Shown: positions 11,515-22,729 of the stretch, piece by piece | Layout of the letters: each line of letters starts with the position of its first letter | How positions within the stretch are numbered: the stretch's first letter is position 1 | Source of the DNA: Chiloscyllium plagiosum | Lineage: Eukaryota | NCBI RefSeq assembly: GCF_004010195.1 | Contig: NC_057711.1 | Coordinates: 69,319,850-69,383,849, forward strand | Direction of reading: 5' to 3' | DNA length: 64,000 nt | Notes under the pieces: model-generated | Database searches by the model: none | What the model was told of the DNA's origin: nothing | What the model saw: the letters and a program-made list of their open reading frames with translations, nothing else | Position numbers and translations under genes: made by a program

Positions 11515-13467
11515 TTTTTTGCCTTATTTTATGAAACAGTACAAAATACAAAATAGTTAACAATAAACAAAAAGCAACAGTTCACTATTTACAAGGGAAT
11601 GGGCAGCAAGGCCAAACCCCAAACCCAAACCCCACCAGTAAATCGATCAGTTAACAGAGAATGAGGACAAACCTCAAATCCCATTCTCAGTCACCAAAAT
11701 GAAAACAGTAATGCACTCAAACAAGAAGTGCAATCCAATGAAAAACAGTGCATAGCACACAGAACCCCCAGCAACCCACCTGTCCCTCCCACCATCCAGC
11801 CACTCAAAGGCAGACCACCCCTACGTCCCTTCTGGCTCTCGATCCGCCCAATGCCACTTCTGGCTTTTGGGTCCACTCTTACATACCTTCTGGCACTTGC
11901 CCACCCCGACGTACCAGGACTGTGGAGTGCCTCTACACACCTTCCGGCCACCTCTAAAACAGCCTGACTCCTCCCTTGGATAGTGCAATCAAATGAGAAA
12001 CAGTGTAGAGAGCACAGACCCAATATAGCTTAGAAAACAACAGCTGACAGCAGTCCATACCACGTACTGATCAGACCAGCCTTGGCTATCCTTCCTGCAG
12101 GACAGTCATCGGCCTTCTGGTCTCTGGCCGCCCTGTGTCCTGACTGACTCTCCCCAGGCCCACTTTCCTCTGGGCTGGTCGTCGACCACCCAGCTCCCAG
12201 TTGCCCTGCGTGCTGAGTGGACTACTCCGGGCCGCTTTCCTATGAGCTGGTGGTCGGCTGTCCGTTCTCTGGCTGCCCTGTTTACTGACTGACCCTCCCC
12301 AGCCCGTTTTCCTCCGGCACAGTCGTTGGCCATTGACTCCCTGTCACTCTCATACTGACCAAACCATCCAGACCTGTTTTCCTACAGTCGGCCTTCCAGC
12401 ACCCGGCCACCCCACGTACTGACTGACCCTTTCGCCTGGCCAGCATTCCTACAGATTGGCCATTGGCTGTCTGGCTCTCAATCCCCTTCCTCCCCCCCCA
12501 CCGCGGACTGACTGATCCTCTCCCAGTCAGCCTTCCTACAGGGTGCTTTCGGCTGCCTGACTCAGCCTCCCTGCGTACTGACCGGCCTGCCCTATACCGG
12601 CTTTCCTGCAAGAATGCTATCAGTTGCCTAGCCCTGCCAGACCCCCCCCACCCCCGGTACTGACAGGCCACTCCTGGCCCGTTTTCCTCCAGGCCAGTCA
12701 TCAACCCTCTGGCCCCCAGCCAGCTTGCGTATGGCTACCCCTCTCCTGACCAGCTTTCCTACAGGCAGGCCGTCAGCTGCCTGGCCCCCGACCACCCTGC
12801 ATACTAACAGACCCTCCCCATCTCCACCGCAGCCTGCTTTCCCCCAGGCCACTCATCGACTCTCCAGTTCCAAGACTGACTAGCCCACTCTGGCCCGCAA
12901 CCAAATACAATCAATTACTAAACCCACATACTATAATAAAATTCTCACAATAGAGTTTCCAGCACCCAGGCAGAGTCCACTGCAACATGCAAAGTCCACT
13001 CCAACAGGCAGCAAATGCTCACCTTCCAGCATCCACACAAGTGTCCAGTCTTTACAGAGACCTGGTCCACCCACAGGGGGCCTGGCCTATCTTCAGAGGA
13101 AGAGTTCATCTGGAAAGGTGCAATTGACTCATAGGGACTCAGTCCAAACACCAAAAAGTGAAAACACATGCAAAAAGAAAAGTGCAGACACAAAACACTG
13201 GAGTGCAATGGCTAAGCCCTGCCATAAAATCAGTATAGTCCTTTTCTCAAAATAAAACAAAAAAAGTAAAACACAGGCTGTAACCAGCCAGTCAAACAAC
13301 AGTTCCCTAATAAGAACTGAAATACACCTATAACACATTGACTGTGAAGGTCAGGCAGTTCAGAAATCTGTCCTCAAAAAAAAAAGAAATACCAGTAACA
13401 AACTGGATGTGTAGATTAGCTAGTTCAGGAGTAGGGTTCCCCAAAAAACAAAAACCAACTGCAGTAT
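11515..13467 (-). mobile_element. Non-coding LTR-inserted unit 2 (~1.95 kb)
   Basis: Bounded by LTR-segment repeats; T-run at the left end is an A-tail on the minus strand; shared 5' region. Confidence 0.75.
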
Positions 13468-13532
13468 ACACTGGCTGTGTGGCCATCCAGCTTGGAGTCA
13501 GTCACCTGAACTGAGGAGACTCTCCCAGTTAG

Positions 13533-15303
13533 TTTTAAAAATTTTATTAACCGGTATAAATTACAAACAGTTAACAATGAACAGCAATTTGCAAGTATCA
13601 GCAATTTACAGGAGAAAGCGTCAGCAAAGCCAGACCCCCAAACCCCACCTGTACAACCAGTTCACTTCAAATCCCCCTTATCATATCAAGAAAGAAACAG
13701 TAGATGCAATCACATACAAACAGTCTGATAAACCAAACAATAAAACAGTGCATATATCTCAGACACCCCTGGCAACCCAGCAAACCACCTGTCTCCCACC
13801 TTCTGGCCACTCAAAGACAGCCTACCCCTATGCCCCTTCCGGCTCTCTGTCTGCCCTGACACACCTTCCGGGCACCTCTAGAACAGCTAGTCCTGTTTCC
13901 CCACAGGACTGCCTGGACATCAGCGATCAGGGCAACCTTCCTACCTTCTGGCTTCCCTAACCGCCCTTCTGCACCTTCTGGCCACTTCGAGGACAGCCTG
14001 CCCCAGTACCTTCCCGGGGTGACAGCACTGAGGGATGGACTACCCATCTTCCGGCTCTCATTACGCCCCTACATACCATCTGGCTCTCGACCACCCCGAC
14101 ACGCCATCTGGCCCATTCACTGCCCTGACTCAACTTCCTGCCATCTCTAGAACAGCCCGTCTAGACCTGGGACAACAGCATGCAGGGCAGCCCACAAGCC
14201 TTCCGGATCTCAGCCTGCCACTACACACCTTCTGGCTCTCAGCTGCTTTGACACACCTTCCGGCCACCTCTAGGACAGTCCGTCCAGATTACCCTTCTTG
14301 GGATGACAGCGCTCAGAATGACCTACCCACCTTCCGGCTCTTGGGGCTATCAGCATCGGGGTGGCCTACCCACCCTCTGGCTTTCGGGCAGCCTACCCAC
14401 CTTCAGGTTCACAGGATGGCCTATCTACCCTCCGGCTCTCAGGGTAACAGCTTTCGAGAAGACTTTTGAGCCTCCCAGCTCACAGGAAGGCCTGCCGGAC
14501 CCCGGGACACACGAGACAGTGCAGGTGATAAAACCAACAAGCAACAAGACAGAGTCCCTCTGGTACACAGAGTCCATTATCATAAACAGCTCTGTTCAGA
14601 ATGCAGAGTCCATTCCCAGTATACAAAGTGCATGGTCAGAAATAGAGTCCACTCCAGTATGCCAAAAACAGAGCCCAAAACCAAAGGCAGAGTTCACTCT
14701 AGTGGAAAGTCCACTCCTGAAAGCAGCAAATGCACACCCCACAGCACACACACACAGGTGTTGAGTTTCCATGGAGCCCTGGTCAATCCACAGAGGACCA
14801 GGCCCACTTACAGGAATACAGTTCATTATAAAATGTGCAGTTAACTCACAGGGGATGGTCCACTCCAATATGCAGCAAATGCTCACTTCCAGCACTCACA
14901 CAGGTGTTCAGTCTTTACACAGGCCAAGTCCACGCACAGAGGGCCAGGCTTCCCTTCAGAGAAACAGTTCATCTGGAAAGGTGCATTTTCTCACAGCGGC
15001 TCAGTCCAAACACCAAAAAAAAGTGAAAACATTTGCAAAAAAAAAAGACTGCAATGGCTAAGCCCTGCCACAAAATCTGTATAGTGTTTTTTTCAAAATA
15101 TAGCAAGAAAAGTAAAATACAGGCTGTAACCAGCCAGTCAAACAACAGTTCCCTAATGAGAACTGAAATACACCTATAGCACATTGGCTGTGAAGATCAC
15201 CCAGTTCAGAAATCAGTTCTCAATAAAAAGGAATACCAGTAATGAACTGGATGTGTAGATCATCTAGTTCGGGAGTCAGATTCCCCCAAAATAATTGCAA
15301 TTT
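13533..15303 (-). mobile_element. Non-coding LTR-inserted unit 3 (~1.8 kb)
   Basis: Bounded by LTR-segment repeats 13468-13532 and 15304-15369. Left end ttttaaaaattttatt reads as AATAAA plus an A-rich end on the minus strand. Confidence 0.75.
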
Positions 15304-16632
15304 ACGCTGGCTGTGTGGCCAGCCAGCTTGGCGTCAGTCACCTGAACTGAGGAGATTCTCCTGGTTAGATTGGTCAGTCAAGGCTCCCTGATTGGCCCAG
15401 ATTAATAACGCCAATCAAGGATCTCACAGTCAGTAAGATCCACCTGGTTCCAATCACTACAGCATATTCCTTTCTACCCATGTCTGCTAAAACAACTTCT
15501 AATGTGCTCATTTGTCCTCCTAATTGCCAGAAATACCAGAACCCTCATCTCACTTTGCCAGCTTTTCCCACTGAAGGAAAAGTGGGGTTAGTCTTAAAAT
15601 CTGTTCAGAAAAGTTTGTGTTCAAAACAGTCGGTTACACAATGCTTAGCTGGAAAAATAAGATATTCCTCAAGCTTAATTGCAACAGTGCAGAAAGTGCA
15701 GTGGAGAGTTGAAATGGTAATGCTGAGAACTTGGGGTTGCACTTGTGAACAGCATGAAGGTATTCAATAAAGCAGTAAATGATCCATGTGACGCCCATGT
15801 TTAAGCATAGGGATTGAGCAAGAATGCATCAAAGATCTATCTGACTCCCTTTGTTATTTTAAGTTGATTTACACTGAACAAATGGAAGTAAAGTGGCTTA
15901 CAATTGCCAGTCTAGCAAAGAAAGGTCAGCCCTGACTAACTTCTCTGAATTTGAGCATCTTGTTTCACATCAGGAATGATGACATTGTACCAATACTTCC
16001 ATCAGGCATTTGACAAAAGTCTCTCATGAAGGGCTGGTAGTTAAACTACGATGTGGTGAAAAACTGCAGAGAATTTCAAAGCTTTACAACATTTTAAGAG
16101 AAGAAACCTCTGTACTCAAACCTGAATGATTGACCCCTTGTTCTGAGATTTTGTTCCTGTGTTTTGCATTTACTGGCCAGGGGAAATAACTTTCTTGTCT
16201 ACCTTGTCAAACTCCTGCAGAATCTTGGATTCTTCAATGAGGTGATGTCTTTTTTGGCTCAATTTACTCAGACTGTCATCATAAAACAATGTACTTATCC
16301 AAGATGCCAATCTTGGCTCTGCTACCTCCAATACAAAGCAAAATGCTATCAGTTGCATTTAAGCAAAAATATAGAAATTTTAGCTTAGTCACATGTGTAC
16401 TTTCGGCAGTTTTCTGGAATCAGCAGGATGCCGAAACAAATTAAGCAAGTCTGTTAAAACTTCAAGTGGTTACATATTTATTGGGTAAGCTTGCATATTT
16501 TGGTTATTCATTTTTACAGTTATTTTTAACTTCTCTCTTTTCCCTTACCACTTCAGATTTATATGTTGCTGACAGAAAATTGTATGAGGATTAATCTGTG
16601 CCACACTGTTATTGCTATTACTTATGCAAGTA

Positions 16633-18235
16633 TAGAACATAGAACATTACAGTGTAGTACAGGCCCTTCGGCCCTCAATGTTGTGCTGACCTGTGAAACC
16701 AATCTGAAGCCCATCTAACCTACACCCTTCCATTATTATTCATATGTATATCCAATGACCATTTAAATGCCCTTAAAGTTGGAAGGTCTACTACTATCAC
16801 AGGCAGGGCATTCCACGCCCTTACTACTTTCTGAGTAAAGAACATATGTCTGACATCTGTCTATATCTATCACCCCTCAATTTAAAGCTATGTCCCCTCA
16901 TGCTAGCCATCACCATCCAAGGAAAAAGGCTCTCACTGTCCACCCTATCTAATCCTCTGATCATCTTATATGCTTCTATTAAGTCACCTCTCAACCTTCT
17001 ATTCTCTAATGAAAACAGTCTCAAGTCCCTAAGCCTTTCCTTATAAGACCTTCCGTCCATATGAGGCAACATCCTAGTAAATCTTCTCTGCAACCTTTCC
17101 AATGCTTCCACGTCCTTCCTATAATGCGGCGACCAGAACTGTATGCAATACTCCAAGTGTGGCTGCACCAGACCTTTGTACAGCTGCAACATGACCTCAT
17201 AGCTCCAAAACTTAATCCCTCTACCAATAAAAGCTAACACACTGTATGCCTTCTAAACAACCCTATCAACCTGGGTGGCAACTTACAGAGATCTATGCAC
17301 ATGGACACCAAGATCTTACTGCTCATCTACACTACCAAAAATCTTGCCAATAGCCCAGTACTCTGTATTCCTGCTACTCCTTCCAAAGTGAATCACCTCA
17401 CACTTTTCCACATTAAACTCCATTTGCCACCTCTCAGGCCAACTCTGCATCTTATCTGTGTACCTCTGTAACCTGTAACATCCTTCTGCACTGTCCACAA
17501 CTCCACCGACCTTAGTGTCATCCACAAATTTACTAACCATCCTTCTACACCCTCATCCAAGTTATTTATAAAAATGACAAACAGTGGCCCCAGAAGAGAT
17601 CCTTGTGGTACTCCAGGATGAACATTTCCCATCAACCACCACCCTCTGTCTTCTTACAGCTAGCCAATTTCTATCCAGACCACTAAATCACCCTCAATTC
17701 TATGCCTTTGTATTTTCTGCAACAGCCTACGATGGGCAACCTTATCAAACGCTTTACTGAAATCCAGATACACCACATCAACTACTTTACCCTAATCCAC
17801 TAGTTTGGTCACCTTCTCAAAGAACTTAATAAGGTTTGTGAGCCATGACCTACCTTTCACAAAACCATGTTGACTATCCCTAATCAAATTAACAATTTCT
17901 AGATGATTATAAATCCTATCTCTTATAATCCTTTCCAACACTTTATCCACAACCGAGGTAAGGCTCATTGGTCTATAATTACCAGGGTTGTTTCTACTCC
18001 CCTTCTTGAACAAGCAGACAAAATTTTCTATCCTCCAGTCTTATGGCAGTATTCCTGTAGATAATGATGACATAAAGATCAAAGTCAAAGACTCTGCAAT
18101 CTCCTCCCTAGCTTCCCAGAGAATCCTAGGATAAATCCCATCTGGCCCAGGGGACTTATCTACTTTCACACTTTCCAGAATTGCTAATACCACCTCCTTA
18201 TGAACCTCAATCCCATCTAGTCTAATAGCCAGATG
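16633..18235 (-). mobile_element. CR1 LINE, 5'-truncated (~1.6 kb)
   Basis: Collinear RT fragments [36 protein letters not shown] and HLEYCIQFWSP, plus the 3' tail. Confidence 0.93.
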
Positions 18236-20169
18236 GTCTAAATTTTGCTGTGAATGGAACCTTGCAACCATATATGATCTGTCCTTGATGTCCCCTCCAT
18301 TTGCATTTTCAGTGCAGGAGAATGAATGGTAATTAGGAGAAAGATACCTTAGTTCCTGCAAACTTAGCAGAAACCAGAAATGAAATTGGAGACTAACCTA
18401 ATGTGTATGATTGAGCCAACTTTCCTTCCACCATCTTGATGCAGATACATGCTTTCACGATTACTATCAGACTCTTGCAAATTCGTATCTAACTCTCATG
18501 GAGCAGTAGCTGAATGAGTCATATATTATATCAGCTCATGTAGGCATGGATGATAAATGATTCTTTGCCATTATTCTGAAGATCAAAAGTTTCATTAACA
18601 AAGCTAATATTAAATTGCCCTTCCAAATTATTATGTATTGTATACTCTTAATTTGATTAGTGATGCCATATATGATTCCTGGTTATATCCTTGTTAATAT
18701 TTCAAAATTATAAATTAATTTAGAAGATTATAGACAAGACTATGCTGAGTGAACATGAAATCAGGTTATTTCAACCCAAGCTAACATAAACCTGCTATTT
18801 TTGTTGCAACTTGTCTCATTGTTTGAATTAAACTAAATTTTTGAGAATACACACTCCACTGCAATTTTTGTCAAAGCAATTCTGTTGCTGAACATATGAA
18901 TCATGTTGTCTGTAAATGGCATAAACATTAATGAAACACAGGCCTGGATTTTGTAGTCAGTGACAAAGAAAATCCTTGTAATCTCTGGTGGGAATCTCCC
19001 TTTCACCATGGCTATTTAAATCTAGATGTCTTGGTGCACTGTAGAATTAGGTCAACAAATAGGTACAGTGGTGCCCAAATAAATTTAAATTTTCAAACAC
19101 AATACTTGAATTAATTCACTTCTCTTATTGTTTTAAAAATGTGGATTTTTGTTTTATTATTGTGGATAAGTTGAAAATCCCGTAAATATGAAGTTAGCTT
19201 TTCAGGGCCAGTAAGGGCACTTAGCAGTAATTATAGAGTTGGTGTGCATTTTAAAAACTGATTTGCACCTAATTCAACAAGATGTGATTTTCTTTCTGGG
19301 GTTTGACAGTGCTAGAGTGGGAATTATCAAATGATGATCGCAAGGATGTTTGCAGTCTGAAAAATATTTTCACCATTCTCTTCGCCTCATTTATTAGTAT
19401 TCCCGTTAGATGGAGATGTGGAATTCAGCATCACAATATTTAGATCTCACTTCCATTTTTGTAATGAGCAAAGGAAAAGAGGAAGAGCCAGATTTTCAGT
19501 TATTTTTTGCAATTTAATTTCAAATTACCAAGCCTCTTTCTTAGATATATAATGAGAAGATATCTTACGAATAAGGAAAAAAGAGAGAACTTCCAATCTT
19601 GGAAAGTTTGAAATTTTGTGAAGGTTATTTTGAAGAATACGTACGTGAAAAAGCATTTGACGAATGACTTGTTCTGTGTTTGAGTGCAGCTCCTTTTGTA
19701 GATAATTGATTATTTCTAAAATGATTGCTAAAAAAATCTCAAGTTCATATTTAGTTTGTTGAAAATAAAATTAGCATTAGTCCAAGAACATTTATGTTTT
19801 AATTTCATGGGCTGCAATATTTTGCTGTCTTTCTGCCTGCACACTGCCATATTTGCGGTCGGTGTTTTGGTAAGCACAAAATGATCCCAGCTGGAGGAAA
19901 TTCAGTGGAAATGTTTGACTACAATTAAGACAGCAGCAAGTTTAAAAAACATTAGTGAAACAGTGAAATGTTAAACACTGGTCTCTCCAAATTAATCAGT
20001 CGCATACATTTCAAGCAGAATATTAAATACTTGAAAATAAATTACTGGGCTTCTTTTAAATTCAGCTTTATTCAATATAGCATGAAATTAGCCATTAATA
20101 TGTATATTAATATCAATTGTATGGCAACCAATTGCTGCCATCTTCCAAAAGTACTGTTCAAATCTATTG

Positions 20170-21520
20170 ATCACTTCAGTTATGAGGATAGTTTGAAGAA
20201 GTTGGGACTGTTCTCCTTAGGGTGAAGAAGGCTGATAGGAGGTTTGATAGAGGTTATTAAAATCATGTGCGGCCTAGATAGAGGAGTTAGGGAGGAGCTA
20301 TTCCTGTTCATAAAAGGAACAAGAATGATGAGAGGGTATAACTTAAAAGTGATATGAAAAAGAAGCAATGGTGATGAGTGAAAGAAACTTCTTGATCAGT
20401 GAGTAGTTAGGGTATTGAATTCTCTACATGGAAGTAAGGTTGAGGCAGGTGCTACACAAGAAGTTGTACACGAGGGTTTGGGAGTAACTTATTTGCTTGG
20501 ATAGAGGATTGGGGAGCCAACAACACAGCAAGTTGCGATAAATGGGTCTTTTTCTGGACGGCAAGGTGTAACTGGCGGGGTGCCACATGGTTCAGTCCTC
20601 AGGCTCCAACTATTTATAATCTATATTAATGTAATGAATTGGATGTAGGGATAGGAAGTACTATAGCTCAATTTTCAGATTGCACCAAACGAGTTGGAAG
20701 AGTAAGTTGCAGAAAAGTAGTAAAAAATTTAGAAATGGATATGGATAGGTTAGGTGAATGAGCCAAATTTTGGCCAATTGGATTTAATGTAAATGAGTGT
20801 GAAGTTTTCTATTTTGGTTGGAAGAATAGAAAGGCAGCAAATTATCTAAACAGAGAGAAACTTTGCTTCAGGGCAGAAGGATCCGGGTGCCCTCATGCAT
20901 GATGTGCAGGAAACTCCTATGCAGGTAAGCAGGTGATAAGGAAGGCAAATGGAATTTTGGCATTACATGCCAAAGGTATGGAATATAAAAGTAGGAAAAT
21001 TTTGGGGCAATTGCATAAGGCATTAGTGAGACTATATCTAGAGTATTGTGTATAGTTTTGTGTCAGGAGGGATGTCATTTATCGGAGGCAATTCAGAAAG
21101 GATATTATACTAGGTTGATTCCAGAAATGAGGGATTTGTCTTATGAACAGAACTTGATCAGTTTATTTAGGACTCCCACTCTCTGGAGGTAGAGTCATAG
21201 AGTCATAGCGATGTACAGCACGGAAACAGACCCTTCGGTCTAACTCGTCTATGCCGACCAGATATCCCAACCCAATCTAGTCCCACCTGCCAGCACCCGG
21301 CCCACGTCTCTCCAAACTCTTCCTATTCATATACCCATCCAGATGCCTTTTAAATGTTGCTATTGGCAGCTCATTCGATACTCGTACCATAGACGAATGT
21401 GAGGAGATCTAATTGAGATGCTAAAGGGGATTGACAAAGTAGATGTAGCGAGGATATTTCCTCTTGCGGAGCAATCTAGAGACCATAGCTTCAGGATCAG
21501 GATAACGTATTGAAACACAG
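20170..21520. mobile_element. Cluster of old CR1 fragments (+) with a younger CR1 3' end (-, ~21192-21390)
   Basis: Degenerate GVPQG and YCVQFW coding sequence; agagtcatagagtcatag tail on the minus strand. Confidence 0.7.
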
Positions 21521-21569
21521 ATTTTGAATCAAAAACATTGAAGGATAGTGAGTAGGTTGGAGCGGGACT

Positions 21570-21905
21570 TGGAGGTGTTGGCATCTCCATGTACCTGTAT
21601 CTACTGCCCTTGTCCTAGATTGAAGTGATCATGGGTTTGGTAAGGGATGGTTCAAGATATTTGGTGGAATTTTTGCTGTGCATCTTGCAATTGGTACATA
21701 CTGCTGCTACTGAGTGTCACTGCTGGAGGGACTGGATGTTTGTGAGTGTGGTCCCAACCACATTTATTGTTTTGGTCTGGATAGTGTCAAAGTTTTTGAA
21801 TGTTGGTGGCGCTTCATCCAGGCAAGAATGGGGTGTATTCCATCACATTCCTGTTTTTGCCTTGCAGATGATGGACAGGCTTTGGGGAGTCAGGAGGTGA
21901 GTTTA
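21570..21905 (-). mobile_element. Fragment of the second LINE family (CR1/L2-group)
   Basis: Reverse complement matches 51243-51480 and 53480-53760 (catccaggacaaagc, catctgcaagatgcac). Confidence 0.6.
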
Positions 21906-22153
21906 TGATTATAAGATTTTAAGTAAGAGTTTGTTTTCTAAAGGAGAAACATTGTTTCTAAGTATAAGTTGGGTTTGCCTTCTTCAGTTAGTTTTATAGC
22001 GATATTTTAAAAAATGAACATTGCACATCTGTTGTGTATAAGAGCTATGTCATTAGAAGGGATGTGAAACCCTATCTTCTCGTCCATGAAGGATCCAGTT
22101 GCACTGTTTTGGAGAACAGGAAAGTTGTTTGTGCCTTGGCTGATCATTATCTC

Positions 22154-22298
22154 GGGTGTAGGTTTGCTCGCTTGTAGGTTTGCTCGCTGAGCTGTAGGTT
22201 TGATATCCAGACGTTTCATTACCTGGCTAGGTAACATCATCAGTGGCGACCTCCAAGTGAAGCGAAGCTCAACCTGAGCTACAAACCTTCACAAACCT
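22154..22298. mobile_element. Short Penelope-derived insertion with inverted ends and a hammerhead motif
   Basis: 13-bp direct repeat TGATCATTATCTC at 22141-22153 and 22299-22311; ends resemble the Penelope tail at 32010-32124. Confidence 0.7.
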
Positions 22299-22486
22299 TG
22301 ATCATTATCTCTTAAATTATTTTGAAATTCTTCTTTGTAGAAGAAGCTTTTGGATTATCTCCTATTTCTTGCTTGTAAGTTTGTTCAAGTATAATTATAT
22401 TTTTACGTGGCATGAAATCTTTGAAAGTGAAAAGATTACTCGTGTATCTGTAATTATATTTCATGATGTATTTTTTGTATTTCTAG

Positions 22487-22534
22487 GAATATTGTACTTG
22501 GCAAGCAATTGCCCAAAATGTGCTTGGATGAACA
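22487..22534 (+). other. SNCAIP: 5' UTR portion of the first coding exon of SNCAIP
   Basis: Polypyrimidine tract and acceptor ttttttgtatttctAG end at 22486. The exon runs on to the ATG at 22535. No upstream non-coding exon or promoter was identified in the window. Confidence 0.75.
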
Positions 22535-22591
22535 ATGGATACTCCTGAGTATTTGGATTTGGATGCAATAGATTTTAGTGATGATGTTCCT
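22535..22591 (+). CDS. SNCAIP: Synphilin-1, first coding exon (MDTPEYLDLDAIDFSDDVP)
   Basis: Translation matches the vertebrate synphilin-1 N-terminus as I recall it (MEAPEYLDLDEIDFSDDIS). Good Kozak context acaATGg; donor GTAAGT at 22592, phase 0. Confidence 0.93.
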
Positions 22592-22729
22592 GTAAGTAAT
22601 TTTATTAGTATTCTTTGTACTGTTTACGTAATTTCAATAAAATAAAGCATTGTCAGACATGAGGGATATTTTGTGTTGAACTTATTGAAATACAAGCCAG
22701 CCCACAATGAAAAAATTAGCAAGGGAGCA

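Larger units (their letters stand above)
1..15461 (-). mobile_element. Decayed Ty3/Gypsy LTR retrotransposon, copy A (K02A2.6-like pol), heavily nested; left end outside window
   Basis: On the minus strand the 5' LTR starts TGTAGTGATTGG at 15461 and ends ttatttCA at 9202, followed by PBS-like GTGGCGATGGG. Internal gag-pol remnants follow, and the 3' LTR starts at about 3731. Confidence 0.88.
9202..15461 (-). repeat. 5' LTR of Gypsy copy A, expanded to ~6.3 kb by stacked insertions
   Basis: 9202-9335 and 15304-15461 together rebuild an LTR homologous to 40208-40444 and 25407-26461. The LTR segment cactggctgt...agtcagtc(a)cctgaa.tgaggag...tta(ta/g) recurs at ~9267, 11364, 11450, 13468 and 15304. 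Confidence 0.85.

Noticed and set aside
9629..14764. Many 100-150-aa Pro/Gly-rich ORFs in the LTR-inserted units
   Set aside because: They occur on both strands of GC-rich tandem repeats, frames are not conserved between units, and no domain is recognisable.
9267..15369. Repeat-spacer layout superficially like a CRISPR or cassette array
   Set aside because: The repeats are segments of a Gypsy LTR, the spacers are kb-sized and mutually homologous, and the context is vertebrate with no cas or integrase gene.
19600..20160. Repeat-free AT-rich blocks that may be conserved enhancers (also ~30100-30650, 54700-55430, 60600-60950)
   Set aside because: Conservation cannot be judged without alignments.
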